From Eledone cirrhosa (Eukaryota): a DNA stretch of 64,000 nucleotides. Below, one piece after another: positions 13,065 to 24,100 of this stretch. The stretch lies in assembly GCA_964016885.1 (NCBI GenBank), contig OZ024740.1, positions 378,262,001 through 378,326,000 on the forward strand. Direction: 5' to 3'. How positions within the stretch are numbered: position 1 is the stretch's first letter; every line of letters begins with the position of its first letter. The notes beneath the pieces were generated by a model, which saw only the letters and a list, made by a program, of their open reading frames with translations, did no database searches and was not told the DNA's origin. The position numbers were made by a program, and so were the translations under genes.

Positions 13065-13975
13065 TATCATCACCAGTTTACTTTCTATACTAATGGCTAG
13101 GTCATTATGGTTTGAATTGATTCATATTTAGAGCTACTGAACCCACTAGATGGGTTGGAGATCACAACTTGCTTGTAATTTCCATATTTGGTATGAATTC
13201 TACAGTTAGATGCCCTTCCTAACACCAATCACTTAATATAGTGTACTTGGTATATTTTAATGAGGCACCAATACTAGAAAGGTTGACATGTCTTCAACAA
13301 TACTAAAAGCTCCTTTTGATATTACAGTGTCACTTTATTTTCCAATCCCTGGGTGTATTTTATTGTAGCACTAGTGAGGTGGCCTGGCAATCTGGAAAAC
13401 TAAAGAGTTAGACTATTTTCAAAATCATATAGTTCTGCCACTATTTCAACATTCGTTTCACCATATTTGCATGGCGATGTGGATCTTTTCCATTACGGCA
13501 TGTCACCAATCATTGTGATCTTTTTTCTTCTCCTTCATAGTTTCAGCTTCTTGAAATCTGTCTTTAGCACTTCCTTTCCTGTCTTCTTAGGTTTTCCTTT
13601 TCTACAGATTCCATTTTTCAAATACATCACATGCCCATGCCAGGGTCACTCCTTTCTTGCATACTACATCTAATTTTTATATCCGATTTTTCTCTCATCA
13701 CATTTGTGCTTCATCATTCATGTACACTGACATTACACATTCAATAGACTATGCTCACATTATTTTTATAGTCTTCTCATATTCTCTGCAGTATTGCACC
13801 ATGTACATAAGCATCATACAATCTGCTCTTTACTCTGTGAAAAATTTCCTTGTTACCAATAGAAGTTATATTTCCTTGAAAGCTTTCCACCTCTATTCTT
13901 CCTCTGACTACTATACTTTCTGAGCATCTACCATCACTGTTAATTAAATCACCAAGATATTAAAAGCTGTGAATT
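13065..13975 (-). mobile_element. Decayed RTE LINE C-terminal fragment plus 3' tail
   Basis: RVKSRLYDA-like translation near 13800-13860 and the tail motif gatgcccttcctaacaccaa at about 13209. Confidence 0.65.
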
Positions 13976-14067
13976 CTTCATAAAAAAAAAATGATTTCAT
14001 TATAGAATTTTATTTTGCAATCTCCCACTGCCAAATTATCATCATTGTGTGGATTTCTTATGGTGAA

Positions 14068-14236
14068 CATAAATCCACATGTATGGTATTTGACTCCTTG
14101 TAGTACATTAGTCATTCAGAAAGGTCTACCAACCAAATCTCCTCCAAGGTTGTAAAGAAGCAATGAGATCACCAGAGAGTTTCTGAATGATGGTAATGTA
14201 CCACGAAGAGTCAAATGCCATAGATGTGGATTTATG
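14068..14236. repeat. Imperfect inverted repeat, about 55-bp arms with a spacer of about 57 bp
   Basis: cataaatccacatgtatggtatttgactc...tcattcagaaa (14068-14122) pairs with tttctgaatga...gagtcaaatgccatagatgtggatttatg (14180-14236). Confidence 0.85.
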
Positions 14237-14857
14237 CTTGTCTTAAAAAATATCAAATATTTTAGTTAAAATTGTTTAGAAAACTAGGACAGACCATAGA
14301 AACAACAAATTGAAAATGGAAGTGAAGTAAAACAAAACCAAAAGTTTACACTTTTATCTTATATTTCATGATATTTGGGGGTTTAAAAAAATGTGATGGT
14401 GGTGGCAAGCTGGACTCTTTTGCACATATATTTGGAAATAAGGGCATGGTGACATGCAGACTGGTATAGTTATAATAATCATCAGTATCTTAGTAGTTTT
14501 CCTTATTTCATGGCATTGGATAGGAGTCTGTAGAAAAATATTTCTCTTATTTTCTTCACCTTTTAAAATTGTTCTGTAAAGTTTCTTAGAGCAGATTTGA
14601 TTACTACATCCCAAATATTTTCTATATTGGTTTTACATCCCAACTCTAACAAATATTTTATCTTACAAATAATAAAGATCATGTGCCAAATCATTGTGAA
14701 ATTTATCTATAGAAATATTTATTATCTTAAGAAGAAACTATTGTTATAAAAAAACATCAGTCATATGATCTGGTTGCTTACACCATTCATACCTTCACTG
14801 CAGATGAAAGAATTTTATCTAATGGTGAATGAGAAGTCTATCTAACTGCACAGTGTG

Positions 14858-15135
14858 TGTGGTAATTATGTAATTTCTTACTTAAGAAGTTTACTTCTCT
14901 AAGAATTAGATATCTTTCTATGTATATCAAAAGTTATCATATTAGGATATTCTATACGAAAATGATTTTGAAATGGAATATACAAAGAATTGTATATATA
15001 TCATTCTTTGTGTATTCCATTTCAAAATCATTTTCATATAGAATATCCTAGTGGGATAACTTTTGATATACATAGAAAGATATCTAATTCTTAGACTAGT
15101 AAACTTCTTAAGTAAGAAATTACGTAATTACCACA
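14858..15135. repeat. Near-perfect 278-bp palindrome (foldback element)
   Basis: Arms of about 135 bp are reverse complements around tatatata centred at 14996/14997, with scattered mismatches. Confidence 0.95.
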
Positions 15136-15159
15136 ACGTGATGCATATTATCCTCCATC

Positions 15160-15730
15160 ATAGATGTGGTATCTTGTGGTTGGTGCAGGGTGGATTGGGT
15201 GCCTTTTGTTGTGTCACCAACAAGACCACCTTACTGAGTGGACTGGTTACTCTTTTGTCATGCCACCAGCATGAGCACTTCACATGATGGACTAAGGTCT
15301 TTTATTATGTCACCAATATGACTATCTTACATGATGGATTGGAAGCTTTTAGCTATTTCAGCTAGCAGTGGTAGTAGCTCCTTGAACTTTTTCTACCCCA
15401 TTCTAACTCTGGCTACTGTAGTTACAGAACACCTAACTCCACTGCTAATTTGGTCGGCCAGGTAACAGATACTGTCAACTGCTTCTATGGAACTCTACAA
15501 ATTTGATAGAGCTTGTTTCCTGTGAGTACTCAATGCTTCTTGACCACATGTAAAACCTACGTTCTTTGCTAGCCTGCCTGAGATTCCATTATATCTGTAC
15601 TCATAATTTGCATTTGAGACAAAAGATGAAATTTCTACTCATCCCTTTCCTACAGTTTGAGCAAGGCCATTTCCCTGAAGGGATCAGGTCCTTGTTTTCC
15701 TTTCTACTTATTAGGACTTTAGTTTTGTAT
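15160..15730 (-). mobile_element. Internally deleted RTE LINE fragment
   Basis: Minus-strand KTKVLISRKENKDLIPSGKWPCSNCRKG-like and WGRKSSRSYYH/FKELLPLL-like segments joined to 3'UTR repeat units. Confidence 0.75.
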
Positions 15731-17149
15731 GTATATAATCAGAAAAGGGATCAGTATAACATTTGATTATTATGGAACAATTATTTATACAACAATCCTG
15801 CTCACAACTGGTCTGTTATGTAATCATGCAGCTAAATTCAGGGATTGTGATGTCTTTAGATGCATACAAATGCAGGCTAGTTAAAAAGTGGTTTGTTGCT
15901 GGGTGAAGCAAGATGTCATTTAACTATCATGTACAAGAATTGCAAAACTAAAACAAAACCAAAAGAAAATGAAAAAGAAATGAAAAAAAAACCACAGTTC
16001 AAATACATCTTATAGATAAAATACAACATAAACAAACATTCCATGTGCTGCAGTAGTCAAGAGGCAGAGGGGGCAAGGAGGAGGAAAAGAAGAGTAAGAA
16101 CTAGATATCGAGGAAATATGAGTAGAAATAAGAGGAGGAAAAAGGGAAAGAAAAATTAAAAGAAAGAATCTATTGATAAAGAAAAGGAAAGAAAAAAAGT
16201 GGAGAAAAAGAAAGTGAATTATGCTTCAGATATGCATGACTTCATCTCACAAACCAAACAATTGCAGAGAGTGCTGAATGTTTATGCCAATGATTATTTA
16301 CAATCTACTAAACTGAAAGTATAATTAACAAAAAAGAATGGAGTTTTCAAACAGCAATTAATTAGAACTCTATATAATTATTTCTGCACATAAAATCCTG
16401 TGTATTTTCCTACTTTGGAGATTTCCTTAGATATTATATCTACATTGGGCTTAAACGGTTTCTTTTTATTTTTTATGCACAGAATGGGTTCTTACGCACT
16501 TCATTGTCACAAATATGTCTTCCAATGAAATGCATGAACCCATCCATTCTTTGGTGAAGAGAAGTATTGAAAAGTGGTGATCAAGTAGATAGTTAAATGA
16601 TTCTATGGAATTTAGGATGTGTCAAAACCATGATAACATATTGATTGGGCTGACATTCTCCAAATTGACCCTGTGCTGATGATTGTTGATGCATCTAGCA
16701 TATGGATAGGTCATCCAAAACAATTAGGAAAGTTTTGTTACAATTATTCTCTTGATTTAGTATTCCAGAGTGCTTTATTTCAGACAAGCGACCTGCATCT
16801 ATTCAAATTTCAGAATGGCTTGGCAAAATTCCTAAAAGACACAATTTTCAAATGGACACCTGAATGCAGTGAGGAATATGCTCTTCAACTTTTTTCCTAA
16901 AAAATATTTATAGAATAATGTATTAAATCATCATGCAACACTGGAGGTTTGTTACATTTCTCAGCCAAAGATCTTAATAAGGCCTTATGCACCACCATCA
17001 ACAATCACCACCACCATCAATAATTATCATCACTATCTCCTGAGTTCTGAGTTACCTTATTTTGGATGGGTATTTTAAATTGCTCAACTTTTGCTAAGTT
17101 TACAAGATTGGTTATAAACTGTGTATAAAGTTGTGCTTTATATCCATTT

Positions 17150-17780
17150 CCCTGTAAAGACACAGGGGTTAACTATATGAGCTCCATTTTGCCATATCAC
17201 CTGAATCCCCCCTCTTCAATCCCTTTCATGTCTTCCTTTATCATCTTTAGTTATCTGTCTTCGTCCATCACTCCTCTCACCCAGTCACTTTCTTCCTTCC
17301 ACAACACATGACCCAACCATCATTCTATTTCTCATCACATCATTCATCATAGGCTCTATTCCCACCATCCTTTGCAATCCGTTGTTTGTTTTCTTCATTC
17401 TGAGCTATACTTCACTCATCCATCGAATCATTCTCATTTCTAGTCTTTTCAGTCTTATTTGCTGTTCCATGTTCATTGCTCATGTCCTCTCTCATATAAC
17501 ATGACACTTCTCATGCATGGAGTATACACCTTTTCCATCAGTTTCAGTGACATATCCCTCTTCATTAGTACACGACTTAGTTCCTGGAACTTCTAAGTAC
17601 ATCACACTCGACATACTGTTACTGAGTCTGGTTTAACTTCTCCATTCAATATGTCTCCAAGGTAACAAAATGTTGTCACATCATTCTAGTTCAACATCCA
17701 TTCTATCTTTAACTCCCTCTACACACACTTTACTCTTAAATTTATGTTCATTGACAATCTACTTGAAATATATCCATGAA
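17150..17780 (-). mobile_element. RTE LINE, second subfamily, 3' fragment
   Basis: FCYLGDILNGE motif, and nucleotide similarity to the plus-strand copy at 50840-51830 (cactgaaactgatggaaaaggtgtat). Confidence 0.75.
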
Positions 17781-18149
17781 CTATTTAAATACTTTATACT
17801 TGTCTGTCTTCCTTAGCTTAAATTGAAATTTCAGACAAATCAGTTTCGCATTTTATATATAATCTATAGTCTATATTGCATTTTAGTTTTTGTAGACATT
17901 TTTCTTTTAGCAAATTCATTCTCTCTCAATAGGAAAGTTATGTATTGTTAGCTTGATAATAATTTAATTTGAATTGCTGAAAGCTGGTAATAAGTGGGAA
18001 TATGATTGCAATTTTTTAAACAGTAATATAACAGTATCTTTAAATGCTTATTAAGGAAATTAATATGATAGCATAAGAATTAAGGAGATACTCATTAAAG
18101 TTTGAATCCCGCAAAGTATTTTTTATTAACGTTTAAAAGGGTTTAAATA

Positions 18150-18526
18150 TATGAGGGTAGCCAGAAAAGTTCATAGGCTGACTATGAAGCAGTGATGCTA
18201 AATCTTGCATGCATTAATTTCCACTTTTCTTATTAATAAGTACACCGTCCAAACCCATGCTAGTGTGGAAGGTGGACGTTAAACGATGATGATGATGATG
18301 ATTGTTTCTTTCCAGGTAAACTGACATCTGACTGTTAAAAAAAAAACTTCAAATATAACTAGTCTTGAAAATGGAAAAAATTTGGCATTGAGGTGTTACT
18401 TGCAGAAAAAGGGTTTAACCCCCAAGGACATTCATACTGACATAGTTGTTACATTAGAGGATGACACTCCAGCTTTATCAACAGTGCAAAAGTGGGCAGC
18501 TGAATTTAGGAAGGGAAGAGAGAGTT
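18150..18526 (+). mobile_element. Mariner transposon 5' remnant with a nested RTE tail (18246-18300)
   Basis: Starts TA-TGAGGG. Translates to MEKIWH...KKGLTPKDIHTDIVVTLEDDTPALSTVQKWAAEFRKGRES, a mariner N-terminal HTH. Confidence 0.8.
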
Positions 18527-18876
18527 GTAATAGATTTGTGAATTCATCCTGTCAAGGCTGACTTTATTCTTTATCTTTCTTAGGTTATATGACACTAAGA
18601 CCAATATTATTCAGCTAAAATTATTGGTCTCAACAGTGATAACTTATATTTTTATATTGCTGTGACTTATATAATGTTATTAAATATTGGATCCTAATAT
18701 ATGGAGACCAGTGTAAGAAAATTGTCAATCATAAGTCAAACTTAATATATTATTTATACATAAAAGGGAACATCTTATTGAAGCTTCCTCAATATAGTTG
18801 ATCTTCCTATTATCACTCATTTAATCTTTAGATCCTTCAATATCAAAATGCAGTTATAAACTAAACAAAAATTTTG

Positions 18877-19102
18877 TTTGAATTGGTTTTGAGGCAATTA
18901 TAAAAAAGCATTGTAATAATTAAATTTAGAAATGATTGATTTAAAACTTGAACAATATGTAAGATGAAAACAAAACGTTTGTTATTAAAAATTGTGTCTT
19001 CATAAACTCTTATATCATATGATGGTAACTTTCAATGGCAAAGTTCAGTAAATCAGCACAATTTTATTAAACTGATTAAAATTGCCTCAAAGCCAATTCA
19101 AA
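18877..19102. repeat. 23-bp inverted repeat pair, possible MITE
   Basis: tttgaattggttttgaggcaatt vs aattgcctcaaagccaattcaaa (1 mismatch). No TSD seen. Confidence 0.6.
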
Positions 19103-20240
19103 TTTCCAATCTACACCAGAGCCACATGACGAGGTGTACTATAACACCTACTTCCAAATTACAAAAATGAATTTCTTAAACTCCAAGAATGAACCACTAA
19201 AACTTGTAGGAACATGCTACTAGTTTTACTGATGGTACTCTGATGCCACTACTACAGCTATGTTCTGTTTGCCCTTCTACTAACCATTCTGCTCCCAGCG
19301 TTTGGCTGAAGCACAACACTACTTCTCCGGTATAAGAATCTTACATGCTGATTTATTGAAAGTTACAATTCTATGACAAAAGTGTTTTCAGCATATGCCT
19401 TTAAATCACTTCTAAATTTGATAATTATGTTATTAGGAATAACCATAGTAAAACAAATGGTAACATTAATGCAAAATTTAAAATTGAATATTCATAGATG
19501 GAACTGATTAAAACAATATATTTGTATCACAAAGCATTTGTAGTTCAAAACAACAAAAACAAAAATACTCTGAAATTAACATGTTTAATTGATCACAGTT
19601 TAATGGATTCTATTGAAAAACTGTCATTTTAGGCTTTTTAAGCACCACAAAAGAGGATGATATCTTCTCTAAAAATATTTCAATGGCCATAACTAAAGAT
19701 ACAAGTCAATTTATACATTGTTGAGCTGGCCAGAAAATTTACATATCAGTCCTTGTAATGTTTAAAAATTGTTTGATTGATGACATATTTTCAGTTTCTA
19801 TTTTAAAAGAACTTCTTTTTATTTGATAGTAAGGTTTGTGAAGTTTATTATGACAGGCATGTAATGTTTAACTAAGCAACAATAAATCATGCAGACGAAA
19901 GGTAAAGTAAAAAACGATTTAGGAAAACCAATTTATCCTGTATACTCTGGTAAAACTGTTGCTTACTTAATTTCTGCCAATTTCTGTAAACTAGATGTAT
20001 TTTCAACAATGCTACCATACACATTTTTTTTTAAATATCTTTTTTTTATTTTCATAAAAAATACTTTATCAGCAAACATTATTTTGCTATAGTGTGAGTT
20101 ATAACTACCTTACAAACCTGTATATATATCATTCATAATTACAGTTTTTTTTTCAACAAAAAACTTATAATTAATTATATTTACATTTATGAAAAATTAC
20201 ATAAATATTTGAAATTTGTGCATATGTTTGTATATATGTG

Positions 20241-20242
<2 letters not shown>

Positions 20243-20307
<65 letters not shown>
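20243..20307. repeat. (TA)n microsatellite
   Basis: Direct reading. Confidence 0.98.
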
Positions 20308-20310
<3 letters not shown>

Positions 20311-20314
20311 TATA

Positions 20315-20430
20315 TGGTCATAGGTTCAACTCCTGGACTGGGAGGTTCTTTGTGTCCTTGAGCAAGATGCTTCATTTTATGTTACTCCAGTCCACTCAGC
20401 TGCAAAAAAAAAAAAAAAAAATATGAGTGG
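20315..20430 (+). mobile_element. tRNA-derived SINE fragment (family B)
   Basis: B-box-like ggttcaactcc followed by tgtgtccttgagcaagatgcttca and cagtccactcagctg, a SINE core-like segment. Confidence 0.55.
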
Positions 20431-20553
20431 CAGCAGCTGCTAGGTGTTACTCATGCAATGGAATGGGTCTAGGTCCAGGAATGGGTGGATCTTTTTTTTA
20501 TAGAACTGGGACCCCTATCATTAAAATACCCCAAAATTCTATAAGATGGAAAC

Positions 20554-20558
<5 letters not shown>

Positions 20559-20618
<60 letters not shown>
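20559..20618. repeat. (TA)n microsatellite
   Basis: Direct reading. Confidence 0.98.
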
Positions 20619-20620
<2 letters not shown>

Positions 20621-20905
20621 TCATCATTTAATGTCTGCTTTCTCTGCTTGCAAGGTTTGGACAGGTCTACATAGACCAAGTCAGTACTGAAACAGGGCCA
20701 CTGACCTCTCAGACAGGCCAAGGGCTCTGCATCCTGCTTACATATGGTTATACATTCTATTGAGTGCAGAGGAGATGTGTCTTTTGACACAAACTGAAGG
20801 GTTCTCCCCTTGTTTGGTAAGCTTTCTATGGCTGGATGCCTTTCTTAACCTCAACCACTTTACAGTGTGTACTGGGTGCTTTTATTGTGTAGATCACCAG
20901 CACTA
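20617..20905 (-). mobile_element. RTE 3'UTR/tail copy or RTE-mobilised SINE
   Basis: (CAT)n followed by the tail motifs ttctatggctggatgcc..aaccactttacagtgtgtactgggtgc. Confidence 0.7.
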
Positions 20906-21126
20906 ATATATATATATATGTATATGTATATTCACATACATGCACACACACATACACACACGTGAGTACTTGTGTTTATCTATTTTACATGCTAAATACC
21001 TCCCAACTAAATTATGCTTCCATTTTTTACCTGTTGTGATTTAAATAGAAAAATATATTCACAATCTGCTTTAAGAAATCTTTCCTATCCCTTAATTTTA
21101 TTTTATCACTGTTATTAAAAAGAGGA

Positions 21127-24100
21127 TCAGGATTCATCAAACCTTTTGTTGTCTTTATTTATACTATCACGTAAGTCTGGTTCTGAATGGAAACTATGCA
21201 TTCTGCTATTTTCTTCTCCTGTTGCTTCTTCTGAAGCTGATTTTTGTAATAGCTTCAGTTTTTCAATGCGTTTTCGATCTGGTTCGAAAGAAGCAAAAAG
21301 TTCATGAAAACTCTGGCATTTTTCAGCACGATCAATAACTTCCTCTTCAGCAACTTGTTCCAATGATAGAGAACTGTCAGTAGCATTGACAAGTTCTCTA
21401 GCAGATGATATACTCCAGCGACTTCTACTTTTATTTGATGAAGCTGGTGATGACCTCTCTCTTTGTTTTTCATTATTAGAAGATTCATTTGGAGTTTCTT
21501 TATCATGTTCATCTTTCTCATTTTCATCAGAGGAAGAGGGACATTTCTCTGAGCTTTGTGACCGTTGTCTAGGTACTGGCAAAGGAGGTTTAGAAGCAGT
21601 GGAACTATCTTCTGTAGCTATATTTTCATCAGAAAGCAATGTCTGAGAACTCTCATTTTCTTGTGCCATCATTTGTTGAGCTATTACTATTTTCTGTCTT
21701 GCTTTAGCTTCATGACGCTGTTTTATAGATCGTGGAGTCATAACTTTGGACGATGTGTGACTCTTTTGAGAAGATTTTGAGCTATATGAATCATCAGAAA
21801 TCCTATGACCTTGTTCTTCACTGATTTCACTGATTGGACGCCTTTCATGTCTTGACCGGGTCCTAACTTTACGATGACGATCTTCATCACTTGAGCTGAA
21901 TAGATCCAACATTTTGGCTATGCTTTTTGAAACTGGTCGTTTTTTCTGTTGTACCATTTCAGCAGAGCTGTCACTTGAACATGATTGCTCTTGCCTCAGT
22001 TGTTGCTGGAAGTTTCTTTTAGAAATGTTTCCAATTTCCTGAATTTCTTTGTTTCCATTACTACTTTGAGATTGACTACCAGAAGTAGTTTGTTTTATAT
22101 CAAAATCAGGTGGTGTGGACTTTCTGTGATTTCTTTCTTCATCTCGTCCTGATTTGCGATGTAGACTAGAAGATCGTGGTGGAGGCTTGGGTCGGTGAAT
22201 AGCATTATTCAGTCTTGAACTACCATCTGAAGTGTCAGATCTGGCAGATGATTTTGACCGTGAGCTTTTTTCTACTGTTATTGAGGATAAACACACACTT
22301 GGGCCATCATTAGCTTCTTTACTATTATTTCTGCTTTGGAATTTCTTACTTTCCTGGTTTAATTCATTTGCTGCTGACCTCCTTTGACGTCTTGTTCTTG
22401 GTCGCCTTGTAGGAACATCAGAAGTAGACATTACTGAATCACCTGATGCATCTTCAGTTTTAATTAAGGGAGATTCAATAACTGAAGTAGAATTTGATGT
22501 ATGAGATTCAGTTTTAATTGGGTATTTACTCCCAATATCCTTTACTGGAACTTGCATTAATTCTCGATATCGTTGACTGGTTGTTAATCCATGGTCAGAT
22601 GTTGACAAGTAACGCATGCCAGAATGAAATGAATCTGAATTGACATGCCCACTTGTGTTATCATAAAGCTGGGAAAAGGAAGAAGACAGTCTAAAAGAAT
22701 GACTTTCTTGGTTGGAATAGGGAGAAGAAAAATTGCTTGATTTGTTGCAGTCTAATAAGGCTTCATTGCTAACATTAAGTTGAGAGTAAATTTTCTCTAG
22801 TTCTGTAAGTGCTTCACTAAGTTTGGCTTTTCTGTGTACAAAACTTTCTGTAGAAGGTTTTTTGCTGCCCGAAGATTTAACATCAGCTGAAAGCATTGCA
22901 CTTGTTGAAGGAGAGAATTTCTTGAGTGTGTTGAGCATTCTGTCCAAATTTGATTCATCTGCTTTGAGTATTTTTGATTTAATTTCTGATAGCTTATCTT
23001 CAACTTGACTTGCAAGAACTTTAAGTTCCTCTAGATTTTCTTCAGGTTGAGATGGTGTATAGGTGGTTGACTTTTCATTGTCTCTAAAAGCAAACAGGAC
23101 ATTATTATTTCCTCCCTGGATATTCTTAATTAAAAAGGCTAAGTCTTCACCAGATGGAGAACGTTCAACCAAACCAGTATTGATGAGTTTCTCTTTAAGT
23201 ACTGAGGGATCTAGTTGGTAGTTACCATTAACAACATTTTCATATTGTTTCTCTCCTAATTTAGTCATAGACTGGTACATCAAATTGCCCTGGTTGGCTT
23301 CTTGCAGTTGTAAAAGATTTTGTTGCGAAGAAAACTCAGGACGTTCAGCTGAAAGACCACTATTACAAGTAGATTTTAACATTTGAGAAGAATGAACTTC
23401 TAGTTGGTCTCCATGGTAAGCTCCTGAATGGTAAGATAGTGGTCTTTTAGGGGAATTTGATTTATGAGACATATCCACATGACTACCAAATATCTTTCTT
23501 TGACTGTTTGACATTCTAGTACCGAGGACTGGCTGTAGATCCAAAAGAACTTCATCCAATGCATTCATATTAGCAATCTTGTTTGAAGATTTGAGACTTG
23601 AATATTGTTTGGATTGAGGTTTATTATCAATTTTAGATGTAAAAGAAGGCAAGAAATAAGGTTTTGTATGCTGAGTAGATGCTGCATTCATTTGACAAGC
23701 AGTGTTCTTTGCAAATGATTTTGTAGAATCAATTTCTGTTGAATTCTTTCTTTCTGGTGGAATATCTTTTATGAGATGGTCAAAGTTTGTTAATTCCTCA
23801 ATTTCTTTCCAAAAAGGGTCTTCAGAAAAGGGGATTGTTTCTAGAGTTCTGGCTGTAACTCGTTCAATACTAACTGGTCCTTGATGACTATCCATTTGAG
23901 GTGACCATATCTCTGAATCTCTGAGTTTTCCTTGTATTCCACCAATCAAATTTTTCCAGTTACCTTGTTCTGCATTTTTTTTACAACTATTGTTTGGTAT
24001 CATTTGACTAATGCTATATTCAGATGATATATCACTTTTTCTTCTGAGAAAATTTCCAGGCAATACATTGCTAGTGTTTATATCAAGAGCATGCACTGCA

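Noticed and set aside
16665-16900. Gypsy-like words (IVDASS, KDTIFKWTPEC)
   Set aside because: Too short, and in reverse order relative to Gypsy pol. No LTRs seen.
20238-20790. IYIYIY-rich ORFs
   Set aside because: Translations of (TA)n microsatellites.
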